A stretch of 64,000 nt of DNA from contig CBDFGR010000003.1 in the NCBI GenBank assembly GCA_965247115.1, forward strand, positions 64,001 through 128,000. Direction: 5' to 3'. The stretch is from Myxococcota bacterium (GTDB lineage: Bacteria; Myxococcota_A; UBA9160; SZUA-336). Under the pieces are notes generated by a model that ran no database searches, was not told the origin of the DNA, and saw only the letters and a list, made by a program, of their open reading frames with translations. The first letter of the stretch is position 1, and the number at the start of each line of letters is the position of its first letter. The position numbers were made by a program, and so were the translations under genes. Below are positions 28,815 to 38,811 of the stretch, piece by piece.

Positions 28815-30191
28815 ATGGAAGACTCGGCGGCCCGCTACCTAGACGTTCCCCGCCTCGCCGCCTTCTCGGACACCGTGGTCATCCGGACGCTCGGAGACGG
28901 GCTGGTGCACCGGCACGCGGGGCCGGACGACGTGGACGCACTCGCTGCCTTTGCTTCGGTCGCCCTCGCGGACCCCCCGGACTACGACAACCCAGCACAC
29001 ATGGCGATCTGGGTACGCGAGCTGGCCGGAGGCGAGCACCCCCGCATGCGGGCAGAAGACTTCAGTATCGTCGAAGACGTCAACCTACACCGCATCGCGT
29101 CGACCTGCTCGCTGCTCTCGCACACGCTGAGCTACGAGGGAGTCACCTTCGAGGCGGGTCAGCCCGAGCTGGTTGCGACGCATCCGGACTACCGACGCCG
29201 CGGCCTCGTTCGCCTGCAGTTCGAAGAGCTCCACCGTTGGAGTGCCGAACGCGGCCAGCTCCTGCAGCTGATCGACGGCATCCCCTGGTACTATCGCCAG
29301 TTCGGCTACGAGTACGCGCTCGAGCACTTCGAGGGGCGAGTGGTCCGTGCCAACCGACTCGCAGAGCAGCCGCTCCCGCAGGACGTCCGCGTCCGCCCCG
29401 CCACCCCGACGGACCTGCCCTTCTTGCAGCGGCTGTACGAGCGCCAGCTAGAGCGCTCAGTGCTCGGCTGCGTCCGCCCCGAGGAGAGCTGGCAGTACGA
29501 GCTCCTCCGACGCGACCCGCTGAGCTACGGACGACGCGATCTCCGCGTGGTCGAGCGGGACGACAGGCCAGTGGCGTTCTACGCCCACTACCCGGTCCTG
29601 GTCCTGAACGGAGCGCTCCTCGTCACGTTCCTCGAGGTGGCCCCAGGAGAGTCCTGGCAGACCGTCGCCGACGTCGTATTCGGCGAGCTGCGCCGCACAG
29701 GCCATCAGTATGCGAAGCGGGACGGGGGCAGCTTCCAAGAGCTCCAGGTGCTGCTCGGCTGCGAGCACCCGGTCTACGACGAGGCACCGGGCCTGCTTCG
29801 AACACGGCGCCCGGGCTCCGGCTACTACGTCCGCGTCCCCGATGTCGTCGGCTTCCTGCGCGTGATTGCCCCAGCGCTGGAGCGTCGCCTGGCCGCGTCG
29901 AAGCGGGCCGGTTTCAGCGGTGGGATCGAGCTCAGCATGTATCGGAGCGGCGTACGGATCGAGCTGGAGCGTGGCCGCGTACGCAGCGTGGGAGAGTGGG
30001 AGGCAACGCGCGAGAGGCCCGGGCACGTCGCGCTCCCCGACCTGACAGCGCTCCAGCTCCTGTTCGGCTTTCGCTCCCTCTCCGAGCTCTGCGGCCACTT
30101 CGCGGACGCACTGGTGCAGGGCGGTCCCGAAGGGGCTACCGCCGAGGCCTTGTTTCCGAAGCGCGCCTCTCCCATCTGGCTGACCTGGTAG
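28815..30191 (+). CDS. GNAT-family acetyltransferase (Eis-like)
   Basis: VATHPDYRRRGL acetyl-CoA motif, GIPWYYRQFGYE. Confidence 0.85.
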   Translation: MEDSAARYLDVPRLAAFSDTVVIRTLGDGLVHRHAGPDDVDALAAFASVALADPPDYDNPAHMAIWVRELAGGEHPRMRAEDFSIVEDVNLHRIASTCSLLSHTLSYEGVTFEAGQPELVATHPDYRRRGLVRLQFEELHRWSAERGQLLQLIDGIPWYYRQFGYEYALEHFEGRVVRANRLAEQPLPQDVRVRPATPTDLPFLQRLYERQLERSVLGCVRPEESWQYELLRRDPLSYGRRDLRVVERDDRPVAFYAHYPVLVLNGALLVTFLEVAPGESWQTVADVVFGELRRTGHQYAKRDGGSFQELQVLLGCEHPVYDEAPGLLRTRRPGSGYYVRVPDVVGFLRVIAPALERRLAASKRAGFSGGIELSMYRSGVRIELERGRVRSVGEWEATRERPGHVALPDLTALQLLFGFRSLSELCGHFADALVQGGPEGATAEALFPKRASPIWLTW

Positions 30192-30487
30192 AGCGGCTGT
30201 TCGGGCGGCGTCTCGGGCCCGACCCGCAGCGTCGCCCTCCGCGTCCGCAACGCCCACCTCCGCCAGGAGCTCGCGCGCGGGCTCGCCCGAGATCGGGCGC
30301 GGGGAGGCGGATTCTTGCGGGAGTCGCGTCAAAGCGCGCCGCCGGGCGAGCCTGGCGCATGGGTCCGTGTCGCGCGAAAGGGCCCTCGGGTAAGGTCACT
30401 CGGTGATTTACCCGAATCTTGGGAAGGGCTCCGTCGTGTGCGCACCCGCATCTGTCCGGGCGCGAGCTCAGTGCTAGGAGACGAACC

Positions 30488-31936
30488 GTGAGGCGATCAG
30501 CGCTAGGGCTCGTGCTGGCTTCGATCAGCCTCAGCTGGGCTGCGAGCGCTCACGGGGAGACCACGGGGATCGTCTTCGTCGACGCGAACGGCAACGGTGT
30601 CCAGGACCGCGGCGAGCTCGGTCGCGCCAGCGTGGCCGTGAGCAACGGACGCGAGGTCGCGCGCACGAACGTGTACGGCCGCTACCGGCTACCGGAACGA
30701 TCCGGGTTCATCGCTCTGACCTGCCCCGACCAGTTCGACTGCCCCCTCCCGTACCGGAGCAGGGGTGGGGACTTCCCACTGCGAAACGCTCCCAACGAGA
30801 GCGAGTTCTTCTTCGTTCAGATCTCCGACGCGCGAGTATCCGAAACCATCGACAATTTCGTCGGCTTCTCGTTGCCGAGGAAGAGCTGGCTCCCTCGCAC
30901 CGTTGGCGCTCGACTCGTGCTGCGCAGCCTGCGCGACCTGCTCGGGCTGGAAGAAGACAGGATCGTCGACGGACTGCGCAGCGCGCTCAGGCCGTACCAA
31001 GCCGTCGACAATCTGTCGAACGCCGCGATCGTCGACGCCTACTTCTCCGAGGTGTTCGCGCCCGGCAGCGAGCTCGGCAGGGTCGCAGACGCCGCGCGTG
31101 ACTCCATGGGGGAGATCGCAGCGCTGCGACCCGCCTTCGTGGTCAGTACCGGCGACCTCGTAGCCCCAGACGGTCGCGGCTCCGCAACCGCGGCCCAAGC
31201 GTGGCTCCGGTTCTACAAGGAGGTCACAGAGGCCACCGGCATCCCGTTCTACAACACGCTCGGCGCTAGCGAGAGTACCAGTCGCGAAAACGGCGCGGAC
31301 GGGATGGTCACCGAGGAAAGCGGCGAGCAGCTCTTCCACGACGTGTACGGGCCGTCCCACTACAGCTTTGACCACGCTAACTTCCACTTCGTGGCACTCG
31401 ACGCGGACTCGCGGGAGTGGCTTGCCGCCGACCTCCTCGCTCATCCGAACCAGGTGTACGTGGGCCTCGGCCAGCGACCCCCGCACGCATCCCCCCGATC
31501 CGCCCTCCAGTACGCCCTCACGAGTCACGAGAGTCACGCCACGGCCGTGAGCCGCAATGGGACCACGACGATCACCACGGGCTCCCTGGCCGGTGGTCGC
31601 TGGGTGCTTCCGGCCGAGCTCCACGAGCGCGGCTACCGCTTGTTCTACGCGAGAGACGGTCAGCTCTATCACGCCTGGAAGCCCACCGGAGAGCCCCTCG
31701 TCGCCTTCCTCGAGGACACCCGAGTACTGGCCAGGAGAGGCGTCTTCGTCGGCGTCGCTGTTGATCGCTACGGGAAGTTTGCCGAGCTGGAGCTCCTGGT
31801 CGACGGCGAGCACGTTCCCTTCGAACGTTGGGGAGACTACTTCTTCCGGGTCTCGCTTCCCTACCCGGCCGAACGCCTGGTGGTCTCGGCGACGAGCGCG
31901 AACGGCGAGACCACGACCGCTGATCTCGAACCCTGA
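30488..31936 (+). CDS. Exported metallophosphoesterase-like protein with degenerate catalytic motifs
   Basis: G.VF.D.NGNG..D.GE.G...V.VSNG N-terminal domain; FVQISD and STGDL present; AGGAG RBS. Confidence 0.75.
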   Translation: MRRSALGLVLASISLSWAASAHGETTGIVFVDANGNGVQDRGELGRASVAVSNGREVARTNVYGRYRLPERSGFIALTCPDQFDCPLPYRSRGGDFPLRNAPNESEFFFVQISDARVSETIDNFVGFSLPRKSWLPRTVGARLVLRSLRDLLGLEEDRIVDGLRSALRPYQAVDNLSNAAIVDAYFSEVFAPGSELGRVADAARDSMGEIAALRPAFVVSTGDLVAPDGRGSATAAQAWLRFYKEVTEATGIPFYNTLGASESTSRENGADGMVTEESGEQLFHDVYGPSHYSFDHANFHFVALDADSREWLAADLLAHPNQVYVGLGQRPPHASPRSALQYALTSHESHATAVSRNGTTTITTGSLAGGRWVLPAELHERGYRLFYARDGQLYHAWKPTGEPLVAFLEDTRVLARRGVFVGVAVDRYGKFAELELLVDGEHVPFERWGDYFFRVSLPYPAERLVVSATSANGETTTADLEP

Positions 31937-31952
31937 GCGCTCGAGCTCCGGG

Positions 31953-32545
31953 CTACGTCTCCTCGACCTCCGGTACGGGATCCACGAGCGCGACCTTCAG
32001 CGCGCGCAGGCGTTCCAGCTCCTCCGTCTGAGTGCGCAGCTGGTCCTTTGCGAGCTCGTGCTCGCCCCGTAGCACCATGTAGACCTTGTCGAGGTTCTCG
32101 GCGCGCTTGCGCCAGCGTCCCAGCTCGTGTCGCGCAACCTCGATCTCGTCCTCCGCTTTCGAGAGGCCAGCCTCGGCGCGACCGAGTTTCGCCGTGGCCT
32201 CTCGCGCTCTGGCGTCGGCCTCTTCGCCTGGCCCTGGCCCCGGCACCGTCTCTCGCTCGCGCTCCAGCCTGGCGTGGACACGCGCGAGCTCGCTATGCGA
32301 TTGCTGCAGCTCTTCACTCGCTCGAGCCAGGTCTTCGGTTCGGAGCTCAAGCGAGCGCTCCAGCTCTTCGATCCGCCCGGGCTCGGCCCGCTCCCGCTCG
32401 CGCGCGGCACCGCGACTACGCTTCGTTTTCTCGAGCCGCTTGCGCAGATCGGCGAGCTCCTCACCCCGGCGGCGGTGCTCGTCACGCTGCTGCTCGCGCT
32501 TGTGTTCGAGAGCCTTCAGCTCCTCAGCGAGACCCGCGAGATCGT
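31953..32545 (-). pseudogene. 3' fragment of a coiled-coil protein gene (5' end missing)
   Basis: E/R/K/L heptad-rich frame that begins abruptly at the end of LLM homology, with no credible start or RBS of its own. Confidence 0.6.
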
Positions 32546-33073
32546 CTGGTTGTACTTTCCGTCGAAAGCGAAGGGCTCGTCCTCGGCCCACGCTTTCATG
32601 ATCAGCCGGTGCGCCTCGTCGTACTTGTCGCGCGTCAGGGCCGGAATCTGCCCGTAGCAGTAGTTCGTGTCCATCGGAGTGCCGACGGGGAAGCCGGCCA
32701 CGAGACGACCACCGGAGATCACGTCCAGCATGGCGAACTCCTCGGCCACACGGATCGGCGGGTTGTACAGCGCGATCGAGTTGCCGATCACACAGAGCGC
32801 CGCCCTGGAGGTCCGCCGCGCGAGCCCGGCCGCGATCAGGTTCGGAGACGGCATCAACCCGTAGCCGTTCTGATGGTGCTCGTTCACACCGATGCCGTCG
32901 AAGCCGAGCGCATCGGCATACTCGAGCTGATCCATGTACTCGTGGTAGACGCGGTTGCCCTCATTCGGATCATAGAGCTTGCTGGGAATGTCGACCCAGA
33001 CCGAACGCGTCGTCTCCCGGAAGTCGTCGGGGAGATTCGGCCAGGGCATCAAGTTGAACCAGGTGAACCTCAC
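32516..33073 (-). pseudogene. Truncated LLM-class flavin-dependent oxidoreductase (N-terminal ~176 aa)
   Basis: GGGAGG RBS; GFDGIGVNEHHQ, PIRVAEEFAMLD..SGGRL; homology ends at FDGKYNQ. Confidence 0.82.
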
Positions 33074-33182
33074 GGGTGCCTCCCTTGCTGGACCGATTAT
33101 GGAGCTCCCATCGACCCCCGTCGAGCGGCCCCAGCCGAGCTGTTCGCGTCGTGCTTGGTATGATCGACTCTTGGAGGACTCC

Positions 33183-34232
33183 ATGCAGATCGGCATTGGA
33201 TTCGGAGGCGCAGCGTCGGGCAGGACGCGCGACTGGGAACGGACGGTTGACTTCGTGTGTGAAGCGGAACGCCTCGGCGTTGACGTGGCCTGGTCGGCCG
33301 AAGCGTGGGGCTACGATGCAGTCACTCCGATCGCCTTTCTCGCTGCACGAACGACGCGACTTCGCCTCGGCACGGGGATCGTGCAGATCAGCGCCAGGGT
33401 TCCGGTGATGACCGCGATGACGGCGCTCACACTCGCAACCATGTCTTCGGATCGCTTCATCCTCGGCCTCGGAGTCAGCGGCCCCCAGGTCGTGGAGGGG
33501 CTTCACGGCGTCCCGTTCGCACGCCCGCTCGGCCGCATGCGCGAGACGATCGAGATCGTCCGCCTCGCCTTCCAGGGTGAGAAGATCAGCTATGCCGGGC
33601 GACATCACGAGCTGCCCCGCCCCGGGGGAGAGGGCAAGGCGCTTCGCCTCAGTCAGCCAGCGAACCCCAACATTCCAATTTACCTCGCAACGCTCAGCCC
33701 TAACGCCCTCGAGCTCACGGGCGAGCTCGCAGATGGATGGCTGGGGACCTCATTCACGCCGGAGCACGGGGAGAGCTTCTTTACCCATATCAGCGCCGGA
33801 GCAGCGAAGGCGGGACGCACGATCTCGGACCTCGACATCCAGGTCGGCGGGAATGTGGCCTTTGGGGACGATCTCGAACGGCTGATCGCGCCCCACAAGC
33901 CAGGACTCGCCTTCACGCTCGGCGCCATGGGCTCGCGCGATCACAACTTCTACAACGATGCCTATAAACGCGGCGGCTTCGAGGACGCGGCCATCGAGGT
34001 GCAGCAGCTGTGGCTGGACGGCAAGCGCGAAGAGGCGGCAAAGCGCGTTCCCGATGAGATGGTGATCCAGACCTGCCTGCTCGGGACCGACGACATGGTG
34101 CGCGAGCGGATCCGCGCCTATCGCAACACGGGCGTGACGACCCTGCGCCTCAGTCCCGCCGGGAGCGATATCGCCGAGCAACTCGACACCCTCGGCCGCG
34201 CCATCGACCTGGTCCGTGAGGTGTGTGCCTAG
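33183..34232 (+). CDS. LLM-class (F420/FMN-dependent) oxidoreductase
   Basis: AEAWGYDA, LGTGIVQISARVP, RFILGLGVSGPQVVEGLHG, GELADGW. Confidence 0.92.
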   Translation: MQIGIGFGGAASGRTRDWERTVDFVCEAERLGVDVAWSAEAWGYDAVTPIAFLAARTTRLRLGTGIVQISARVPVMTAMTALTLATMSSDRFILGLGVSGPQVVEGLHGVPFARPLGRMRETIEIVRLAFQGEKISYAGRHHELPRPGGEGKALRLSQPANPNIPIYLATLSPNALELTGELADGWLGTSFTPEHGESFFTHISAGAAKAGRTISDLDIQVGGNVAFGDDLERLIAPHKPGLAFTLGAMGSRDHNFYNDAYKRGGFEDAAIEVQQLWLDGKREEAAKRVPDEMVIQTCLLGTDDMVRERIRAYRNTGVTTLRLSPAGSDIAEQLDTLGRAIDLVREVCA

Positions 34233-34263
34233 GAGAGCGACTCACACGTCGCTGTGCGAGCGC

Positions 34264-34764
34264 TTACTCGCTGTCAGCCTCGACGGCGAAGGTCATGGTT
34301 CGGTCGAAGTTTACATCGGAGCTCGCGAACTCGAGCTCGAACGCGTAAATCCCGACCTCCGCCCCCTCAGGCAGGCGCACGAAGGAGTCGATCACCCAGC
34401 GACCGGGCTTGAGGTCGTAGGCGGCGTCCTTCTCGTGAACGACCGCGCTCCCTCGGTGCATGATGCGGGTCTCCATATTCCCCGTGACCACACCCGTGGA
34501 TGCAGCGGTGCAGAGCGCATAGATCAGGCGCTGCTTGAACAGCTCCCCAGGCTTCAGCCTGCGCGGCGAGAGGTCCAGGAGCTCGATCTTGAAGAACGGC
34601 AGCGGCTGCTTCTCGCATTCGTACTGCTTCCACACCTTGTCCGGGAACGCCTTCAGGTGTTCACCGGGCTCACGAAATGGTCGGTCGAGAACCGAGACCA
34701 CGCTGGTACAAGCCGCTCCGAGCGCAATCGCGAGCAGCGCCGCTAGCGCCTTTCGATGCTCCAT
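34264..34764 (-). CDS. Hypothetical lipoprotein
   Basis: LAIALGAAC lipobox; overlaps the kinase stop, so probably co-transcribed. Confidence 0.72.
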   Translation of the reverse strand: MEHRKALAALLAIALGAACTSVVSVLDRPFREPGEHLKAFPDKVWKQYECEKQPLPFFKIELLDLSPRRLKPGELFKQRLIYALCTAASTGVVTGNMETRIMHRGSAVVHEKDAAYDLKPGRWVIDSFVRLPEGAEVGIYAFELEFASSDVNFDRTMTFAVEADSE

Positions 34765-36380
34765 CCGTCCTCCTCGAGGTCGTCCGCTGCCGGCTCCTCC
34801 GCGGCCGTCGGCTCCTGCGGGACCGGAGACTCCGAACTAGGCGTATCGTCCGCCGCTGGCGCATTCATGATCCATTCGTCGGGGCTGAGCTCGGTGCCAG
34901 CCGTGGCCGGCTCATCGGTGACGGTGTCAGTGGTGTTCATCCGCGCACTCTTCGGCGTTCTGGCGCGCTTCGGGGCCTCGGTGGCGGGCGGTGCCGCTGG
35001 CTTTGGCTTCACGCGAGGCGTGGCCACGACGCGCGCGGGCGGCGGCGGCGCAGGAGGCTCTGGCTCCAAGACCGGTTCGCTTGGCAGCGGAGTCACCGCC
35101 TCCGAAGCTTTGGGTACGACAATCGGGATCTCTACCGCAAGATCTTGCCGTGGCGACGCCGAGGTCGGCTCCACGACAGAGGGCAACGCCTCCGCGCGCG
35201 GTGCGATGGGCTCCGCCCGCGCCGGCGGAAGCTGCGAGGCCTCTGCCTCCAGAGGCTCGGGTTCCGGTCGCGTCGACACGAGCGCCAGTGTGAACCCGAT
35301 CAGGAGCAGCAAGCCTCCGAGACCCAGCGACGCTTGCCAGAGCAGTCGCGGAGAGAGCCAGGTGAGGCCACGCAGCGCCGCAGGCAGTCTGGTCCTGGGC
35401 CAGGACAGCTCGCCGAAGTCGAGCTCGTCGGTGACGAGAGAGTCCTGCTTCACGTAGACCGCGGGCTGGCCGGGGGGTGTCGCATCGATCAGCGTCGGCT
35501 CCATGCCCTCCACCTCGACTCCTGCTGCACCGCGCCCGATGTCCAGGTCGCCGGTGAGGTGGAGGGAGGTGGGCAACGTGTCCTCGAGCACGGATCGGAA
35601 CTCCTGGGTCGATTCGAAGCGCCCCTCCGGATCCTTGGTAAGCGCACACAGGATCGCGCGCTCCAGCGCCTCGGGCGCGTCCTCGAGGACCGAGCGCAGT
35701 GGCGGCGGAGGATCTTCGATCTGCATTCGAATCAGCTCGTACTCGCGCGTGCTGTCGAAGGGCAAACAGCCGGCGAGCATTTCGAAGAGCATCACACCGA
35801 GCGAGTAGATGTCCGAACGGGCGTCCGTGTCGTCGCCCTGGATCTGCTCGGGAGACATGTAGTGCGGGGTTCCGGCGATCAGTCCGTCCCGTGTCAGTCG
35901 GCTCGAGCCCAGACAGCGCGAAATGCCGAAGTCCATCACCTTGACGACGCCAGCGCTGCTCAGCATCAGGTTCGACGACTTGATGTCACGATGAATCACC
36001 CCGCGCTCATGGGCGAAGCCGATCCCGTCGAGGGCCTGGAGGAACAGCGGCAGGGCCTGCTCCACGGTCATGGGTCCCGACTCGCGGAGCAGCTGCGTGA
36101 GGGACTGCCCCTCGACGAACTCCATCACCATGACCAGCACGGCTTCCTCGCGCAGCAAGGCGTAGAGCGTGGCAATGTTGGCGTGATTCAGACGAGCCAG
36201 CGTGCGCGCCTCGACGCGAAAGCGCTTGACGATCTCGGCCGACGACGCGAGCTCGGGACGCAGGACCTTGATGGCGACCTCGCGCTCGAGCATGAGGTCG
36301 GTGGCCCGGAAGACTTCACCGACACCGCCCTCGCCGACCTTCTCGGTGATCTCGTAGCTGCCTATCGTGAGACCGATCAT
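34743..36380 (-). CDS. Hanks-type Ser/Thr protein kinase with TM helix and Pro/Glu-rich tail
   Basis: GEGGVGEV, VAIK, HRDIKSSN, DFG, GTPHYMSPE, SDIYSLG. Confidence 0.95.
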   Translation of the reverse strand: MIGLTIGSYEITEKVGEGGVGEVFRATDLMLEREVAIKVLRPELASSAEIVKRFRVEARTLARLNHANIATLYALLREEAVLVMVMEFVEGQSLTQLLRESGPMTVEQALPLFLQALDGIGFAHERGVIHRDIKSSNLMLSSAGVVKVMDFGISRCLGSSRLTRDGLIAGTPHYMSPEQIQGDDTDARSDIYSLGVMLFEMLAGCLPFDSTREYELIRMQIEDPPPPLRSVLEDAPEALERAILCALTKDPEGRFESTQEFRSVLEDTLPTSLHLTGDLDIGRGAAGVEVEGMEPTLIDATPPGQPAVYVKQDSLVTDELDFGELSWPRTRLPAALRGLTWLSPRLLWQASLGLGGLLLLIGFTLALVSTRPEPEPLEAEASQLPPARAEPIAPRAEALPSVVEPTSASPRQDLAVEIPIVVPKASEAVTPLPSEPVLEPEPPAPPPPARVVATPRVKPKPAAPPATEAPKRARTPKSARMNTTDTVTDEPATAGTELSPDEWIMNAPAADDTPSSESPVPQEPTAAEEPAADDLEEDGWSIERR

Positions 36381-36481
36381 CGGATCACCCGGCTGTCTCT
36401 GGGCGTGGGGAGCCTGTACGGAGGCCGTATCGGAACAGCTCCACCGGCTCTTGAAGGCTCGATAGGGTGCAGATCTGCCGC

Positions 36482-37354
36482 CTACGAGCGCTCCCTCACG
36501 TCGGGAAGAGACACCGGAGCGGCTTCGGCTTCGATCGCGGCGTGGATCCTCAGCGCATCCCGCAGGGCGGCCACCGAGTGGGTTCGGATGTAGTCGACTC
36601 CGGCGCGCGCGGCGAAGAGCTCCGCAGCCAGCGTCGCCGCTTCCGCTCCCTGCGCGTCGCGGCCAGCCAGGGCCTGAAGAAAGGACTTGCGCGACACGGA
36701 GACCAGCAACGGCAGCCCGAAGCGCTCCCGCAGTCTGGGAAGAGCGCGCAGAACCCGCAACGAGGCTTCGGGATCGGTGCCGAGAAAGAGGCCCATGCCA
36801 GGGTCCAGGATGATCCGCTCGCGTCCGATGCCTGCGCGCCGTAGCACCTCGAGGCGCCTGGCGAAGAAGGCCTCCACCTGCTCCACGATTCGCTCGGCCT
36901 CAGCCCGCCGACGCCGCGCCATCCCCGCAGGGTCGAGGGAGTGCATCACGATCAAGCGGGCCGGCGTCTCTGGCAGGCCTGCAACCGCCTCCGGGTGCGG
37001 GAAGCCGCGAGTGTCATTCAGATACGCAACCCCGTGGGCGAGCGCCCAGGCCTGCGTCGCCGTCTGACGGGAGTCCACCGACACGCGTAGCCCCCGCGCG
37101 ACAAGCGCGGGCAGGACCGACGCCAGACGCTCGATCTCCGTATCGGCTGAGACGGGCTGTGCGTCCGGATGCGAGGACGCGGGCCCAAGCTCGATCACGT
37201 CGGCACCGCTCTCCGCGAGCGCAAGGGCATGCGCCAGCGCAAGAGCCGGAGCGAGATACCGACCACCGTCCGAGAAGGAGTCCTCCGTGATGTTGACGAT
37301 GCCGACAATGTGAGGGGTGCAGCGGTGATTCCTCGACGGGTCGCGGCTCGTCAT
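36482..37354 (-). CDS. folP: Dihydropteroate synthase, Sul-type
   Basis: GIVNITEDSFSDGG, GPASSHPD, YLNDTRGFP, DPGMGLFLG, SVSRKSFL, IRTH. Confidence 0.93.
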   Translation of the reverse strand: MTSRDPSRNHRCTPHIVGIVNITEDSFSDGGRYLAPALALAHALALAESGADVIELGPASSHPDAQPVSADTEIERLASVLPALVARGLRVSVDSRQTATQAWALAHGVAYLNDTRGFPHPEAVAGLPETPARLIVMHSLDPAGMARRRRAEAERIVEQVEAFFARRLEVLRRAGIGRERIILDPGMGLFLGTDPEASLRVLRALPRLRERFGLPLLVSVSRKSFLQALAGRDAQGAEAATLAAELFAARAGVDYIRTHSVAALRDALRIHAAIEAEAAPVSLPDVRERS

Positions 37355-37612
37355 CGGCTTCCGGGCTCCTCGCCTTCCACTATAGTCCCCTCACCCGCGC
37401 AACAGCCGATTTCGCTGCTGGCACGGGATCTTAGCTCGAGCGGGATGGGCCCTCGAGGCGGAGAGGTGACGTTGGGGTGGCTGGCGTGTACCTTAGGCGC
37501 CGAAAGTCGCAGCGCGGCCAATCCCTTTCGGGAACCGGGCCTCCACAGCAGACTGCGCCGAAACCTTCTCGGGCCCCGTTTCCTCCGCGGTACGCTCAAT
37601 CAGGAAGCAGCC

Positions 37613-37804
37613 ATGGCACGAAAGAGCAAGCAGTCGATCCTCAAGCGCCAGCGGGAGCTCAGAAAGGCCGAGAAGGCGGCTCTCAAGCGCGAACGTCGCG
37701 AGCAGCGAGTTTCGGAGGCGGGACCCGCCGGGGATCAGGTCGCCACCAAGGAGGACCTGGAGGGTTATGGCTTCGAGCCGGAGCCAGGGAGCACCGAGCA
37801 GTAA
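37613..37804 (+). CDS. Small basic/acidic hypothetical protein (63 aa)
   Basis: AGGAAG RBS; MARKSKQSILKRQRE...; codon usage typical of the window. Confidence 0.7.
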   Translation: MARKSKQSILKRQRELRKAEKAALKRERREQRVSEAGPAGDQVATKEDLEGYGFEPEPGSTEQ

Positions 37805-37905
37805 GCCGTCGCAGGCTCTCTCGCCGGCCCGCAGCGCGGGGGATGCAGCTGAACCCTCGGGCCTGCGCCTCTCCGGCTCCCGGCGCTTCTAGCCCGCGCC
37901 GCGCC

Positions 37906-37921
37906 TGGCACTCCACTTGCT
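37906..37921 (+). promoter_or_regulatory. Sigma54 (-24/-12) promoter
   Basis: TGGCAC-TCCAC-TTGCT, about 24 nt upstream of ATG 37945. Confidence 0.65.
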
Positions 37922-37944
37922 CAAGACCCCGCCATGCTGCTTCC

Positions 37945-38811
37945 ATGCCCCAGCACGAGGGCCGAGGGTCGACCGAAACGCTGCGGGCGGAGGAGTGGCT
38001 CGAGAAGACCGTCCCGGTCAAGGCGGGCGGGAGACTCTTCATCAACGCAGATCGCGGCTCCATCGACGTCCGCTCTCACGACTTGAGTGAGGTGCGGATC
38101 GAGGCCGAAGCTCGCGGGTGGCGCGCGGGGCTGGTGACCTTCTGGCTGGAAGGCGACGACAACGACGTCTACGTAGATGCCAGCATCGATCGATTTCTCC
38201 CTCGGCTGTTCGGTGCCGCGCACATCTCCATCCGTGCCCGGGTCCCCCGCAGCTACTCCCTCGATGCGGAGACGGGCGGGGGACGCGTGCAGATAGAGGG
38301 TATTCAGGGTCAGGTCGTCGCGCACTCACACGGGGGCCGGCTCCGAGTTTGTCGGATCCGGGGTCCTCTCGTCCTGCGCACGGCCGGAGGCGACGTCGGG
38401 ATCGAAGACGTCGAGGGAGACGTTCGCGCGCGAACTTCCGGGGGCCACCTCGAGATGACCGGGATCCGGGGCGACGTGGAGGCGCGTTCGTCCGGTGGCA
38501 GAGTCGATGTGCGGGCCATCGACGGGCAGCTCGACCTCCGCACGAGCGGGGGCTCCGTGTACGCCAGCTTCGTCGCGGAGGCCTGCGGGCGCCTCGAGAC
38601 AAGCGGCGGTGGGATCGACGTCGCATTCCCCGAAGACGCCCATGTGGACCTGGATGCGAAGACCGCTGGCGGGAGCGTGTTCCTCGAGCACGACCTCGAC
38701 GAAACTACGCGCCGCAGCAACACGGTGATCGGTCGCATTAACGGCGGCGGCCTGCCGCTGCGGATCCGTAGCTCCGGCGGCCCGATCTACATTCGCCAGT
38801 CGCTTCCGTAG
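37945..38811 (+). CDS. DUF4097-family beta-strand repeat protein
   Basis: Repeated (T/S)xGG.(V/I) units about every 18 aa. Confidence 0.85.
   Translation: MPQHEGRGSTETLRAEEWLEKTVPVKAGGRLFINADRGSIDVRSHDLSEVRIEAEARGWRAGLVTFWLEGDDNDVYVDASIDRFLPRLFGAAHISIRARVPRSYSLDAETGGGRVQIEGIQGQVVAHSHGGRLRVCRIRGPLVLRTAGGDVGIEDVEGDVRARTSGGHLEMTGIRGDVEARSSGGRVDVRAIDGQLDLRTSGGSVYASFVAEACGRLETSGGGIDVAFPEDAHVDLDAKTAGGSVFLEHDLDETTRRSNTVIGRINGGGLPLRIRSSGGPIYIRQSLP

Noticed and set aside
21909..36380. VWA + PP2C + kinase as a TerY-P triad
   Set aside because: The genes are scattered over 14 kb on different strands, are exported or membrane-type, and the VWA gene is interrupted.
37420..37437. Second sigma54-like site (TGGCACGGGATCTTAG)
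   Set aside because: No correctly spaced -12 TTGC element.
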